Origin: Eledone cirrhosa
Taxonomy: Eukaryota
Assembly: GCA_964016885.1 (NCBI GenBank)
Contig: OZ024741.1
Location: forward strand, 136,958,001 to 137,022,000
Direction of reading: 5' to 3'
Length of the DNA: 64,000 bases
A program made the translations under genes and the position numbers. This document shows positions 26,111 to 38,856 of this stretch, piece by piece (positions within the stretch are counted from its first letter, which is position 1; every line of letters starts with the position of its first letter). A model generated the notes under the pieces. That model saw only the letters and a program-made list of their open reading frames with translations, was not told where the DNA came from and searched no databases.

Positions 26111-26746
26111 AGTGGATTGGCAGTATCGGTAGTGGGTCGGACACCATGCTTTGCAGGATAGAATTACGCCCCTTTACGGTCTGAGTTCAAATCCCGCCGA
26201 GATTAACTCTGCCTTTCATCCTTACGGGGTCAATAAATTAAAGCACCAGTAATGCACTGGGGTAATTGCTGGCCTTGTGCCAAAAGTAAAAACAATTATT
26301 ATTGTTGTATCATGTTATCATTGGGTGTTTAGATGATTCAATTACAGATGGACATACCTAGATACATCAGAGTTGTAACCAGATGTCACTGGGTGTTTCA
26401 GGTTTTACTACATACACCCCCATCAGTGTTGTATGCTGATGTCATAAGGTGTTTCAGACTTGAAAACTGGTCATCATCAGCATTGTATTATGGAGTCACT
26501 GGGTATTTCAATATACACCAATATACACCCTCTTCAAGGTCACCCAACCGAGATTGATCAAGCTTTAGCCTGTGTAATACATACTGACCCTACTGGTCAC
26601 TTCTCTTCAGCCATAGCCATCTAGATGCCCTCTCTACTGCATCAACATTGTTTTTGATGGTTCTCCTTTTGCTCACTCCTATAATGCCCAGTTTTGAGAG
26701 AAATATAACCATTTTAAACATAATTTTTTACCTTTCAAGGGAAGAA

Positions 26747-26965
26747 ATTACTTGAAGTGTGAATACCCAAGTTAGCATGGGAATCATCATCATCATCGTT
26801 TAACGTCCATTTTCCACGCTAGCATGGGTTAGATGGGAGTTGTCCCAATTTGAGTCAAAGTTGGGACAACTCCCGTCTAACCCATACTAGCATGGAAAAT
26901 GGACGTTAAACGATGATGATGATGATGATTCCCATGCTAACTTGGGTATTCACGCTTCAAGTAAT
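26747..26965. repeat. Fold-back palindrome (~105-bp arms) of an RTE tail plus flank
   Basis: ATTACTTGAAGTGTGAATACCC... / ...GGGTATTCACGCTTCAAGTAAT with few mismatches. Confidence 0.95.
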
Positions 26966-27000
26966 GTGGATATAAATTTATGATGATGGTTTTAACTTAC

Positions 27001-27094
27001 TTTTAAATAATGTACTTGCATACTCTTTTTCTCAGGGTTCATGCCATTTTTAATGGAGGTAGATTTCTTTTCTTCAGGAATATCCTTATTTGGT
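27001..27094 (-). CDS. AOPEP: AOPEP-like coding exon 7
   Basis: ttttAG| PNKDIPEEKKSTSIKNGMNPEKKSMQVHYLK |GTAAGT; cf. GLNPEK..MQVHYLK; contains the conserved Tyr of the YxKG motif. Confidence 0.92.
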
Positions 27095-28669
27095 CTAAAA
27101 TTATAACAAGGTTTAGCCATTTCATCATATTTCTAACGAGAAACTCAGCCTATGATTTTCAAATTCTTTTGAAAATAGTAAAGAAAACAATCAAGAATTA
27201 AGAAGGATATAATAATATAACTCATTTTCTAATCATAAAGCATATGTTTGGAGCATAAACTAACCCGTTTGGTATCATATTTCCAATGAAAGACACTGGC
27301 CAAGCTTTTCAAATTATTTTGAAAATTTTGAATTTAAAGTAACTAACTTTATTATTAAGTAAATGTTTAGAACATAACTTAAAGGTTCTTGAATAAAATT
27401 ATGATGAAAATGTTTTAGATTAAAGAATCACTGGACAGATTTTACGAGAAAAACCAACCAGCAGGAGACCCATATGTAGACCCTGAGCAAGATGGTTAGA
27501 TAAAATCCATGAACTTGGCTGGTCTCACTTGGGGATCCAGCCGGATTTATTGGAAATGGTTTCTTCTGACAGGACCAGCTAACCCTCCCAGAAAAGGAAA
27601 AAGAAAAAGATGGCAGCAGCAACGATAAAGAAGACTTTAGACAGTTTTGTATCATAGAATTATAGGTAATTTCAGCTGAATTAGTAGAATAATTGTTTCT
27701 ACTTTAGCCACATGGCCAGCAATTTTGGAGGAGAGGAAAGTCGATTAAATCGACCCCAGTGCATTACTAGTGCTTTATTTTATAATAATAATAATAATGA
27801 AAATTATTGTGTACAGTACTCAAGTGCACTACAACTCATCAAAAGTGCCTGTATAGTACATAGAAAAATGTACAAAAATCGGGAAAGTGAACAGTGAATA
27901 GAGTGAAGAATGCTGTCCTAGAACCGTGACTACCTCTTTTTGACTAAGAATGAAGGACTTCAACCAGTTATAAAAATCCTCTCTCACACTCATTGCAGAG
28001 ATTTGCCATAAGTCTTTTGTATCAAAAGTAGTTAAACTATAAAATAATCTGGTTTCTTCCTTAGGCTTATGGACAATATGTAGTAAAAGTGTAGATTCAA
28101 CTAAATGAATCCTACTATCTTATTAATTCATGTTTAGAATAGATACAGCATATGGTATGTAAGGTGACTAAAATGGTTGGCATCAGGACAAGTAACTGGT
28201 TGTTAAACATTCCTTTAAAAATCCAATGATTAATATAAAGCTTGCCATATGATCCACAAGATTATTCCTTGCTTTAGCAAAGAAAACAGCCTTGAAATGT
28301 TTCCTGTAATTTACTGGTATATTTACTTCCAAATAGAAAAGAAAGGCAAAACCTGTTCTATGTTTGTCTCGAGCTAGGACACTCATCAAGCCAATGCTTA
28401 TCCTGGTTTCTGTAGCGTCAAGCTACTGAGAGTACAAAACTCCCTCCTGGTCAAGATACCAGTCCATCGCAGGGTTAAATTCCCAGCTACTATTGGTACT
28501 CATTTTCAGGTGAGTATATTGGAGCAAGATAAAATGAAGTGTTTTGCTCAAAAATACAACACACAATCCAGTCCAGGAATCAAACCCACAACGTTATGAT
28601 TGTAAGTCCAACACCCTAACCACTAGACCACACACCTCAACAAAGGCAAATCCGACACCCAGAAGACTG

Positions 28670-29113
28670 AGCTAAAGAAAATAAAACACTGTTGGAGAAA
28701 TGTTCATGTTTGAAAATAATCAAGAATTTGGAAGGTTTAAGAAATGTAACTAACTTTCTCATTATTAAGGTCATACTGTACCATCTATATATAAATTTGA
28801 GCAACTTCCGTCCATCACACAATGTGTATAAAAGGAAGGGGTTGGTGAAAAAACTATTTTTAAAAATGCGGCTGGCGTTCCATTTCCTACACTGCGTGAG
28901 TGCATGTATGTTTGAGTGAATGTATGCCTGTGAGTGTGTATTTTTGTAAGTGTGTTTGTGTTTATATTTATATACATGAATACACACATACATTTATATA
29001 CATGAGTACACATACATTTATATTTATATACATGAGTATATACATATGTCAGCATGTTGAAAAAAATCCTAGTGATGAAAAAGCACACAGTTCACTTTGT
29101 TAGATAGTCATTC
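28670..29113. repeat. ~443-bp near-identical direct duplication of 32282-32723
   Basis: I saw one substitution and a 2-nt indel; the copy includes the exon-6 splice acceptor. Confidence 0.95.
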
Positions 29114-29439
29114 CTTACACCAGTCTTCCTTGAAGGATGGAACTAAATACTGTTTATTTTAAGATGCTGCCATTGTAGTAAAATCCACTGTGGTGGTGAT
29201 GATGATGAAGACAAACTCATCCTAATCATTTTTTTCATGATCTCATGGATTGGACAGGTGTCATGCTCTAAAACTGGACTGGTTGGAGAACTGTGTCTTG
29301 CTCATATCTTCATATTTGGTATGGTTTCTACAGCTGGGTGACATTCCTAATGCCAACTTTAATGAGTGTACTAAACGCACTTTATCGTGGCACCAAAACT
29401 ATAAATTTACAGTGTACCAAGTGCATTTTATCATTGAAC

Positions 29440-31092
29440 CAACACTACTACTTTACAGAGTGTACTGTATACATTTTATCATAGGACCAACACTGCTACT
29501 TTACAGAGTGTACTGTATACATTTTATCATAGGACCAACACTGCTACTTTACAGAGTGTACTGTATACATTTTATCATAGGACCAACACTGCTACTTTAC
29601 AGAGTGTACTGTATACATTTTATCATAGGACCAACACTGCTACTTTACAGAGTGTACTGTATACATTTTATCATTGGACCAACACTACTACTTTACAGAG
29701 TGTACTGTATACATTTTATCATAGGACCAACACTGCTACTTTACAGAGTGTACTGTATACATTTTATCATAGGACCAACACTGCTACTTTACAGAGTGTA
29801 CTGTATACATTTTATCATAGGACCAACACTGCTACTTTACAGAGTGTACTGTATACATTTTATCATAGGACCAACACTGCTACTTTACAGAGTGTACTGT
29901 ATACATTTTATCATAGGACCAACACTGCTACTTTACAGAGTGTACTGTATACATTTTATCATAGGACCAACACTGCTACTTTACAGAGTGTACTGTATAC
30001 ATTTTATCATTGGACTAACACTACTACTTTACAGAGTGTACTGTATACATTTTATCATTGGACCAACACTACTACTTTACAGAGTGTACTGTATACATTT
30101 TATCATAGGACCAACACTGCTACTTTACAGAGTGTACTGTATACATTTTATCATAGGACCAACACTGCTACTTTACAGAGTGTACTGTATACATTTTATC
30201 ATAGGACCAACACTGCTACTTTACAGAGTGTACTGTATACATTTTATCATAGGACCAACACTGCTACTTTACAGAGTGTACTGTATACATTTTATCATTG
30301 GACCAACACTACTACTTTACAGAGTGTACTGTATACATTTTATCATAGGACCAACACTGCTACTTTACAGAGTGTACTGTATACATTTTATCATAGGACC
30401 AACACTGCTACTTTACAGAGTGTACTGTATACATTTTATCATAGGACCAACACTGCTACTTTACAGAGTGTACTGTATACATTTTATCATAGGACCAACA
30501 CTGCTACTTTACAGAGTGTACTGTATACATTTTATCATAGGACCAACACTGCTACTTTACAGAGTGTACTGTATACATTTTATCATTGGACCAACACTAC
30601 TACTTTACAGAGTGTACTGTATACATTTTATCATAGGACCAACACTGCTACTTTACAGAGTGTACTGTATACATTTTATCATAGGACCAACACTGCTACT
30701 TTACAGAGTGTACTGTATACATTTTATCATAGGACCAACACTGCTACTTTACAGAGTGTACTGTATACATTTTATCATAGGACCAACACTGCTACTTTAC
30801 AGAGTGTACTGTATACATTTTATCATAGGACCAACACTGCTACTTTACAGAGTGTACTGTATACATTTTATCATAGGACCAACACTGCTACTTTACAGAG
30901 TGTACTGTATACATTTTATCATAGGACCAACACTGCTACTTTACAGAGTGTACTGTATACATTTTATCATAGGACCAACACTGCTACTTTACAGAGTGTA
31001 CTGTATACATTTTATCATAGGACCAACACTGCTACTTTACAGAGTGTACTGTATACATTTTATCATAGGGCCAATGCTACTTTACAGAGTGT
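29440..31092 (+). repeat. 48-bp minisatellite (~34 units)
   Basis: Unit CAACACTGCTACTTTACAGAGTGTACTGTATACATTTTATCATAGGAC. Confidence 0.97.
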
Positions 31093-32191
31093 AGTGTGCA
31101 CTATGGAGGTTGTTTTGCCTTTGACACAACTGAAGAGTACATGCAACCCTTTGGCAGGTTTTCTACAGCGGAATGTCCTTCCTAAAACTAACAACTTTGC
31201 AGTACATTTTTCATGATAGCAGCACTAGAGATGTGGCATCCATGATGTGACTGAAAAAGCCTCACAACCCATTTTGCATGGTTTCTACAGCTGAATGTTA
31301 TTCCTAACAGTAACCAGTTTATAGAGTGTACTGGGTGCATCTTTCATGGTAGTACTAGAGAGGGTGTTGCACCCATGATATGATTAAATAAGCCTCACAA
31401 CCCTTTTGACATGGTTTCTACAGCTGAATACTCTTCCTAATACTAACCATCATCATCATCATTATCTAACATCCATTTTTTACACTTGCATCAGTTAGAT
31501 GGGTTGTCACATTATGGGACAAGTCAGATCAAAAGACCACGTCATACTGATACAGATCTGTATTTTGACTTGCTTTCTACAGCTGGATGCCCTTCCTAAC
31601 ACCAACCACATTACAAAGTGAGTTGGGTACTATATATCATACCACCAAAATGACCATCTACAAACATTTTTGGGCCACTGGCCTCTCATAGTCACGTAAT
31701 ACCCTCAGCACTCCCCACCCCTATTTCCAGCGAGACTTGCCTATACACAAATTGTAAATAATATATAATTAATAAAATCGTCAATTTATATATAATAAAT
31801 AATATAATATATACTATATATAAATAAATATATATTTTTTATTTTGCTATAAATGTGGTTGGTATTAGAAAGTGCATCTAACTGTAAAATACCCAGCCAA
31901 ATTTACAGTCCTTGCTGACGCAACACATCACCAACCCTGGTTAGACTTGCCTCCCGGTGTGGACGTCCCGTCTAACCCATGCAAGTGTTGAAAAATTGAC
32001 GTTAAATGGAAATGATGATGATGTATCATTTGATATTTGATATACTATTATATCCTCGCTACTGCTCCTCAAGTGCTCCCTTAGGCCCGAGTGCCCACTG
32101 GACCTTTTCAACGCCCACTTTGAGAACCTCTGATCTAACAGAATGGACTGGGTGCTTTTTTTAAAATGTTGCAAGTGTATAAAATACAAAC

Positions 32192-32283
32192 CTCATAATT
32201 TGCAGGCTCGTATCCGTATGTTCAAGTTCAGCAGTAAGTAGTTTATATTTCAAGTATGCTCGTAACTCAAATAGTTCATCTAG
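32192..32283 (-). CDS. AOPEP: AOPEP-like coding exon 6
   Basis: ttttctttAG| LDELFELRAYLKYKLLTAELEHTDTSLQIM AG|GTTTGT; 92 nt, phase 0 to 2. Confidence 0.85.
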
Positions 32284-33554
32284 CTAAAGAAAATAAAACA
32301 CTGTTGGAGAAATGTTCATGTTTGAAAATAATCAAGAATTTGGAAGGTTTAAGAAATGTAACTAACTTTCTCATTATTAAGGTCATACTGTACCATCTAT
32401 ATATAAATTTGAGCAACTTCCGTCCATCACACAATGCGTATAAAAGGAAGGGGTTGGTGAAAAAACTATTTTTAAAAATGCGGCTGGCGTTCCATTTCCT
32501 ACACTGCGTGAGTGCATGTATGTTTGAGTGAATGTATGCCTGTGAGTGTATTTTTGTAAGTGTGTTTGTGTTTATATTTATATACATGAATACACACATA
32601 CATTTATATACATGAGTACACATACATTTATATTTATATACATGAGTATATACATATGTCAGCATGTTGAAAAAAATCCTAGTGATGAAAAAGCACACAG
32701 TTCACTTTGTTAGATAGTCATTCAGGTGCCACAATAAATAACACCCAGTCCACATGTGTAATGTGGTTGGTGTAAGGAAGGGCAGCCAGCTGTATAAACC
32801 AAGCCAAAAGTAGATCCAAATGAGCAAGACATGATCACCTGACCTAAATATCTCATGAGGTGACAACCTGTCTAATCCATGCAAGCACGGGAAATAGACA
32901 ATATACAGCAACGATGACGATGATATTGTTTGGAGCATAACTTTACAAAAGGTTCTAACATAAATTTATGATAAAACATTTTTATACATATATATACACA
33001 CACAACACTTTGGCCCTTTCGTTACAATAATTCTAATCAATGACTGCCTACAATTTGAAAATAATTTTGAAAATCAAGAATTTGGAAGAATTTTTAGTAA
33101 TAATTTTCTCATATCTTTTAAAAAAGTAATATTTACACCAAATAGCATTTTATGTACAACTTCATATTTTTTTTCTTAACCTGGTGCTTCTAAATTTCTT
33201 TAATTTTCAAAAATATAAATATATTAGAATTATTTTTCAACACGATGATGCGTATGTGTATGTGTGTATGTGCATATGCATACATTTATATGTATGAATA
33301 TATAAATATAAATGTGCAAACACAGACACACTTACAAAAATACTCAGACATGCATTCACACAAACACAAGCATACATATACACTCACACACAGCGTAGCA
33401 AATGGAACGCCAGCCGTTGATTTGCTATAGTTTTTTTCACCATTCGTTCCTTCCTATTGCACACACATACATTCACACAAACACACACACTGTGTGACAG
33501 ACAGACAGAAGTCACTCAAATTTATAAATGGATTTATCCAAGAATTTCACTTAC

Positions 33555-33741
33555 GCCAATCATATGAGTGTGTATAAGGTCTTCTACAAAAGAAGCAAAA
33601 CCTTCAGTCATCCATTCTTCTGTCCAGTCTTTTGGTCCAATGAGAAGTCCAAACCATGAATGACAGAGTTCGTGAGCCAAGCAGTTACAGAAGCTACCAT
33701 CTCCAACCAGGACAGATTGTGATAAGAAAATCACACAAGGA
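33555..33741 (-). CDS. AOPEP: AOPEP-like coding exon 5 (zinc-binding motif)
   Basis: SPCVIFLSQS...LAHELCHSWFGLLIGPKDWTEEWMTEGFA = HEXXH-X18-E of M1 gluzincins; canonical AG acceptor and GTAAGT donor. Confidence 0.95.
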
Positions 33742-34677
33742 CTGAGAAGAAAAAATAGGTATAAAATAATTTTGATGAAATAAATCATTATTCTACAAGA
33801 ACAGGGTGGAAAAAGTTCAGGGAGCCACTACTTCTGTTAACAACAAAATATTTCTCTTTATGATCAAAAGGCTTGCTGTGATGCATATGTGTGAAGTGCA
33901 GAATTATATGGAAGGAAAACATGGGCACTAAATGTAGTGGATTTCTGAAAACTGGAGGGAAATGAAGCAAGCATGCTTCAATGGATGTGTGATGTAACTG
34001 TGCAGGGATAGTAAAACAGGGATGAGCTGAGAGAAAAACTGGGTATAAGAGGAATCAGATGTTGTATACAAGAGAGAAGATTTCACTGGTATGGATATGT
34101 GATGCATATAAATGATGATTGTTGGGTGAAGAAGTGCCAGAAATTCTCAGTAGTAGTTAAGCTGTAATGTCAAACATCTTACAGTGAGTAACATCATCAT
34201 CATGTATGTTTTACTGTGGCACCAACACTACCATTATACAGTGTGAACTGGGTACATTTTATTATGACACCAACACTACCACTTTACCATATGGGCTAGG
34301 TGCATTTTACTGAGGCACCAGTACTGCCACATTACATAATGTACTGGGTGCATTCTATTGTGGTTCAAGAACTGCCAATTTTCAACACTCGGATGCTTGA
34401 TGTTTTCCCAGCCAGGCTGGACAGGCAGTAATGGACATGGAAGGGATGTGAGCATGAGACAAGCTACATGTTGTTTGCCAAGTGAAGGGGTGAGAGAGAG
34501 ATTAAAATGTGGTCTTAAAGAGAGTGAATCACATCTGATGGTACATTGTGGGGTGCATGGATCTTTTCATACTGGAATAGATGGAGGAGGAAGGATGAAT
34601 CAGGGATGGGTTGGGTCATAGGGGATCTTGAAGACAGAGAGCATGCAGTATTATAAAAAAAAAACATTTCGACTTAC

Positions 34678-34920
34678 CTTGTCAACCCCAGACAACTAAA
34701 AGATGAAGGGGTAATAAGAATATCCAATCGACAAAATGGATATGGACCTAAAATGTTACAGGCCTTAGCAAGGCATTTGGGAAGATAAGATTTAAACTCA
34801 GATTCTGCCTTTGATACAAGACTTCTTGGAGCAAAAACTCTACAAGAGATGGAATTCTTGGAGTAGTTGACGCTGCAACAACCATGCATGGAGGCACAAA
34901 ATTCAGGAATCCATTTTTGT
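34678..34920 (-). CDS. AOPEP: AOPEP-like coding exon 4
   Basis: ttgcAG| QKWIPEF...CRVFAPRSL...LGPYPFCRLDILITPSSFSCLGLT |GTAAGT; 243 nt, phase 2 to 2. Confidence 0.92.
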
Positions 34921-35797
34921 CTGCAATTAAATATATTAAAGTATTGATTAGAAGATTGACATAAAATGTTACAGAAGATAATATATAAAGTATCAGCCCA
35001 GAGCAGTGGATAAGCCACACTGCACCCAGTCCACTCTGTCTACTCGGTCAGGTGCACTCAGCCCACCCTGTTAGGGCATTCAATCCACCTTAGCAGGGAA
35101 CCCAGTTCACCCTGTCAGGTGGTTGTTTCTGATACCATGATAAAACACACCCAGTACAAACCATGAAGTGGTTGGCGTTAGGGAGGGTATCAAACCATAG
35201 AAACCATGTCAGAATGAGATACATGAGCAAGACGCAGTCATCTGACTTGTTCAGTCTCAGAAGTATAGAAAGTAGACATAAAATGGTGGTGATGGTAGTG
35301 GTTGTGATGATGTGGTAATGGTTGTGATGATGGATATGGTGGTGATGATGCAACTGTGATGGTGATGTGATGTGGTTATGATTTGGTTGTTGTGGTGATG
35401 ATGATGATGATGATAATGATGATGCGGTGGGAACAGAGATGCAGTTGTGATGGTGATGTGGGTGTAAGTGTGGCAGATGGGATATCTTGCAGTATTAGTT
35501 CTGGCTCTTTGTAATATCTGTAATGACATTGGTGACAAGCTGTATCTGGCCCTTGCCTTTCCTTTATCCCTATTGATGCTAAACCATCAGAGAGAAAGAG
35601 AGCACTGGATAGGTATTTTATTTATTAACCTCAAGAGAATGAAAGTCAAAAGTGGCCATGGCAGATTTGAACTCAAAGCACAGGAAGTCGAAACAAATAC
35701 TGCAAAGCATTCCAGTTGTAATGACTTCAAATTCACTACCTTCACACAAGACATACAGACCAATAAATATGAGCTAAGAAAATAAACTTCAACTCAC

Positions 35798-35918
35798 AGT
35801 GGCTCTTGACAGGTAGATGGAAGGTATGTTATGGTGGAGTGTTCCCATTGACCAACTGCTATAGCTAGTGTAGAGCTAGGCAACAACATCGTCGACTTGT
35901 AAAAGTAACAAAGTTTTC
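35798..35918 (-). CDS. AOPEP: AOPEP-like coding exon 3
   Basis: ttttgtAG| KLCYFYKSTMLLPSSTLAIAVGQW...QEP |GTGAGT; 121 nt, phase 1 to 2; matches the MPASTFTIAVG motif region. Confidence 0.9.
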
Positions 35919-36584
35919 CTACAAAAAAAAATTTCAGAATTTATTTTGAATGTTTGTTCACTCTGCATGACATGGTCCCGTTACTCCCGAGGGAGTCGTA
36001 GGGGCGCCATATTGATATACAGAATTTCTTGGGCATTTCTAATGACTTTGCCAATTTGCTGCCTGTTGACTATGAAAATATTCTAACAAGTTAAGTATAT
36101 GACGTTTGTACATTACCCTATGTACTATACATACACTTTTTGATGAGTTGTAGTGCACCTGAGCACTGTACACAATATTTCATTATTATTTTATTATTAT
36201 ATTATATGTCTCTAGATTTGGTCACGACAAAAAAACACACAGTCCACGCTGTAATGTGGCCGTGTAGGCAACACGGTAAAAACCTCCCAGACCCACACTG
36301 TAAATGTGGTTGGTGTTAGGAAGGGCATCCAACTGTAGAAAACCTGCCAGACAGTCCTATGCGAGCAAGACAATCACTCTTGCCTCAAGTGGGACTACCC
36401 CCGTCCAAACCCATGCAAGCGTGGAACACGGACGTTAAACGTTGATGATGATGATGATGATGATACAGTATCAGGAGCAGCTTACATTATGTTAACATAC
36501 GTTCAAAATTCAAAATTTGCGCAATGCTTTGGGAATATGATTTTTTAACCCCTTCATTACCATATTTCTGTCAAGATATAATAC

Positions 36585-37027
36585 TGTAGTAAGACGCCTC
36601 ACGCCTCTTGCCAGGATAATAGAACAACCCTAGTTATCTCCCGCTGGTTGAGAACACGAGGAGTAAACAGACAGCCACTAGAAAGCAGACTGATCACACG
36701 CCAGAAAACAGCCTCTGTACCACGCCACAGAAAGCAGCCAAGGGAACAGCAAACAATAAACCCCGCAATACTTTTGTAATGGTAATACGTTCCTTTCACC
36801 ACAACTGACCACGTCAACATTTGGTACGTTCCATTTGTAGTATAAATAAATCACCATTATTTACAATTGTTGAATTTAACTCTCGTTGTCGTTATTGTCT
36901 TGTTTGCGCACACACTCACTCACTTTGTTATAATTCTCACAAACACAAAATGGTAAATAGACGAGGGACCTTCCCTCACGTCTATGTCAATGAACTATCC
37001 AACTAGGATACCTTACATTTTACCACA
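36585..37027. mobile_element. Solo LTR
   Basis: TGTAGTAA...TTACCACA termini (7/8 inverted match) with 4-bp TSD ATAC on both sides. Confidence 0.75.
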
Positions 37028-38689
37028 ATACCTATATTTCCCAATTATCATTCTATATTTTAACTTAATTTTGTGATAATTTATGTTAACTCTTTCATTG
37101 CCATATTGCTGATGGGATCTTCCTTATTCTTATTCTATATCTATCTTCCATGCTGGTGTGGGTTGTACAGGTCATCATGGTTTGAGACAAGACAGTCAGA
37201 TAACTAAATCTTGATCATACATTTCATATTTTGATAATGTTTATACAGCTGAATGTCCTTTCTAATGCAAATCTTGTTCATACAGTTCATATTTTGACAA
37301 GGTTTCTACAGCTAGATGCCCTTCCTAATGCCAACAATTTTACAAAGATAAACATTTTGGAGGGATCTAAAATAACTTTGTAATAATTTACATTAACTCT
37401 TTCATTACCAGATGAGATATACTGCCTAAATTTTCAAATAAATTCTCAGGGCTTTACTAAATTAACTAACTTTGTTGTTAGTAAGCTGGTGTTTGAAACA
37501 TAGCAAAATATCCTAAGATAGAAATATAATGTTAAATATAAGTTTAAATTTAAAGATGAGTATTTTAAAATGGGTAGCTTTATATCATAAACTTGAAGTG
37601 GTTTGGGAGGATTGGTATCAAAAGGATTAAACATCTATATTTATGAGATAATAATCATCATTTTCCCATAATGGCTTCAGTCAGAGTGGTTCCCAAACTG
37701 TGCCCCTAATGAAATACACTGCTGTGTCAAAGACATGACAACCTCTCCTGTGCACTCTATAAAACGTAAGACCATACATGATACAGACCCCCACCCCTGC
37801 CTGTCTGGGAGGTCAGTAGTCCTGCTTCAGTACTGATTTGTTAGCAGGGAGAACAGATGTTAATCAATGATGATATCTATTGAATTTTAAAGGGATTTAT
37901 TAATATGACTAAATTCTTTATTTTTAAGTTGGGTTTTGACACATAATTTAAAGGTTCTTAGCTGAATATAAATACTTAAATTCTTTTATTACCATATTTC
38001 TAATGAAATATACAATACATAATTACTAATTAATTTTTTAAGTAATTAAGAATTTTGAGGCATTTAGTAATATGAGTAAGTTCTTTATTTTTAAGCTGGT
38101 GTTTGAAATACAACTTAACAAAATTTTGACATAAAATTATGATGGAAGGTTTCAATCTAAATATGAATACTCTAAAACAAATGACTTTATGTCACAGAAC
38201 CATGGGCAGTTTCAGGCAGTTTTTGTATCAGAAGAGATAAGGGTGCAAGTATGGCTATATCATGAAATTTAACAGGTAGATAGAAGGTTCTACATGACAA
38301 AAATGTTTGTTTTAAAATGCATATATTTATCTAAAATCTTTCCATAATAATTATATATAAAAACCGTCTTTAAGTTAATAACGGTTTCTGATTTAGGCAT
38401 AAGACCAACAATTTTGGAGGAGGAGAACATTGATTAAATCAACCCCAGTGTATTACTGGTACTTTATTTTATCAACCCCATAAGGCAAAGCTAACCTCAG
38501 CCAGATTTAAACTGCTATATTACTAAATCTACACAGTCTTGATTGTTTTAAAAATTATTTTAAACATAGAAACATTTTTTTTTAAATCGGAAATGTGGTT
38601 ATCATCTCCTCAAATTTAAATGGTAAAAAATGAAAAATGTATATTTCTTTTCAAAATATAATCTTCCCAAAAGGTAAATAAATGCTTAC

Positions 38690-38856
38690 CATTTTGTGTG
38701 TTATTAACCAGCGGTTGTTTATCTCCTGTCATGATAACTGTGTAAATATTCTCAACAATAATGTAGGTTTGCCAGGTTGACAAAGCCTCAGAATGATCTT
38801 GACTTGGAAACAGAGATCTATTATTAATCCAGTGGCCACAAGTAAACATACACATA
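38690..38856 (-). CDS. AOPEP: AOPEP-like coding exon 2
   Basis: ctcttcAG|T ATG TGT...; encodes MCMFTCGHWINNRSLFPSQDHSEALSTWQ (cf. INNRALFPCQ..MSTWQ); donor G|GTAAGC; phase 2 to 1. Confidence 0.9.

Noticed and set aside
24544-26161. 522/278/265-aa ORFs
   Set aside because: Translations of a stop-free 54-bp minisatellite in an intron; no evidence of coding.
29250-31094. 614-aa ORF
   Set aside because: Artefact of the 48-bp tandem repeat.
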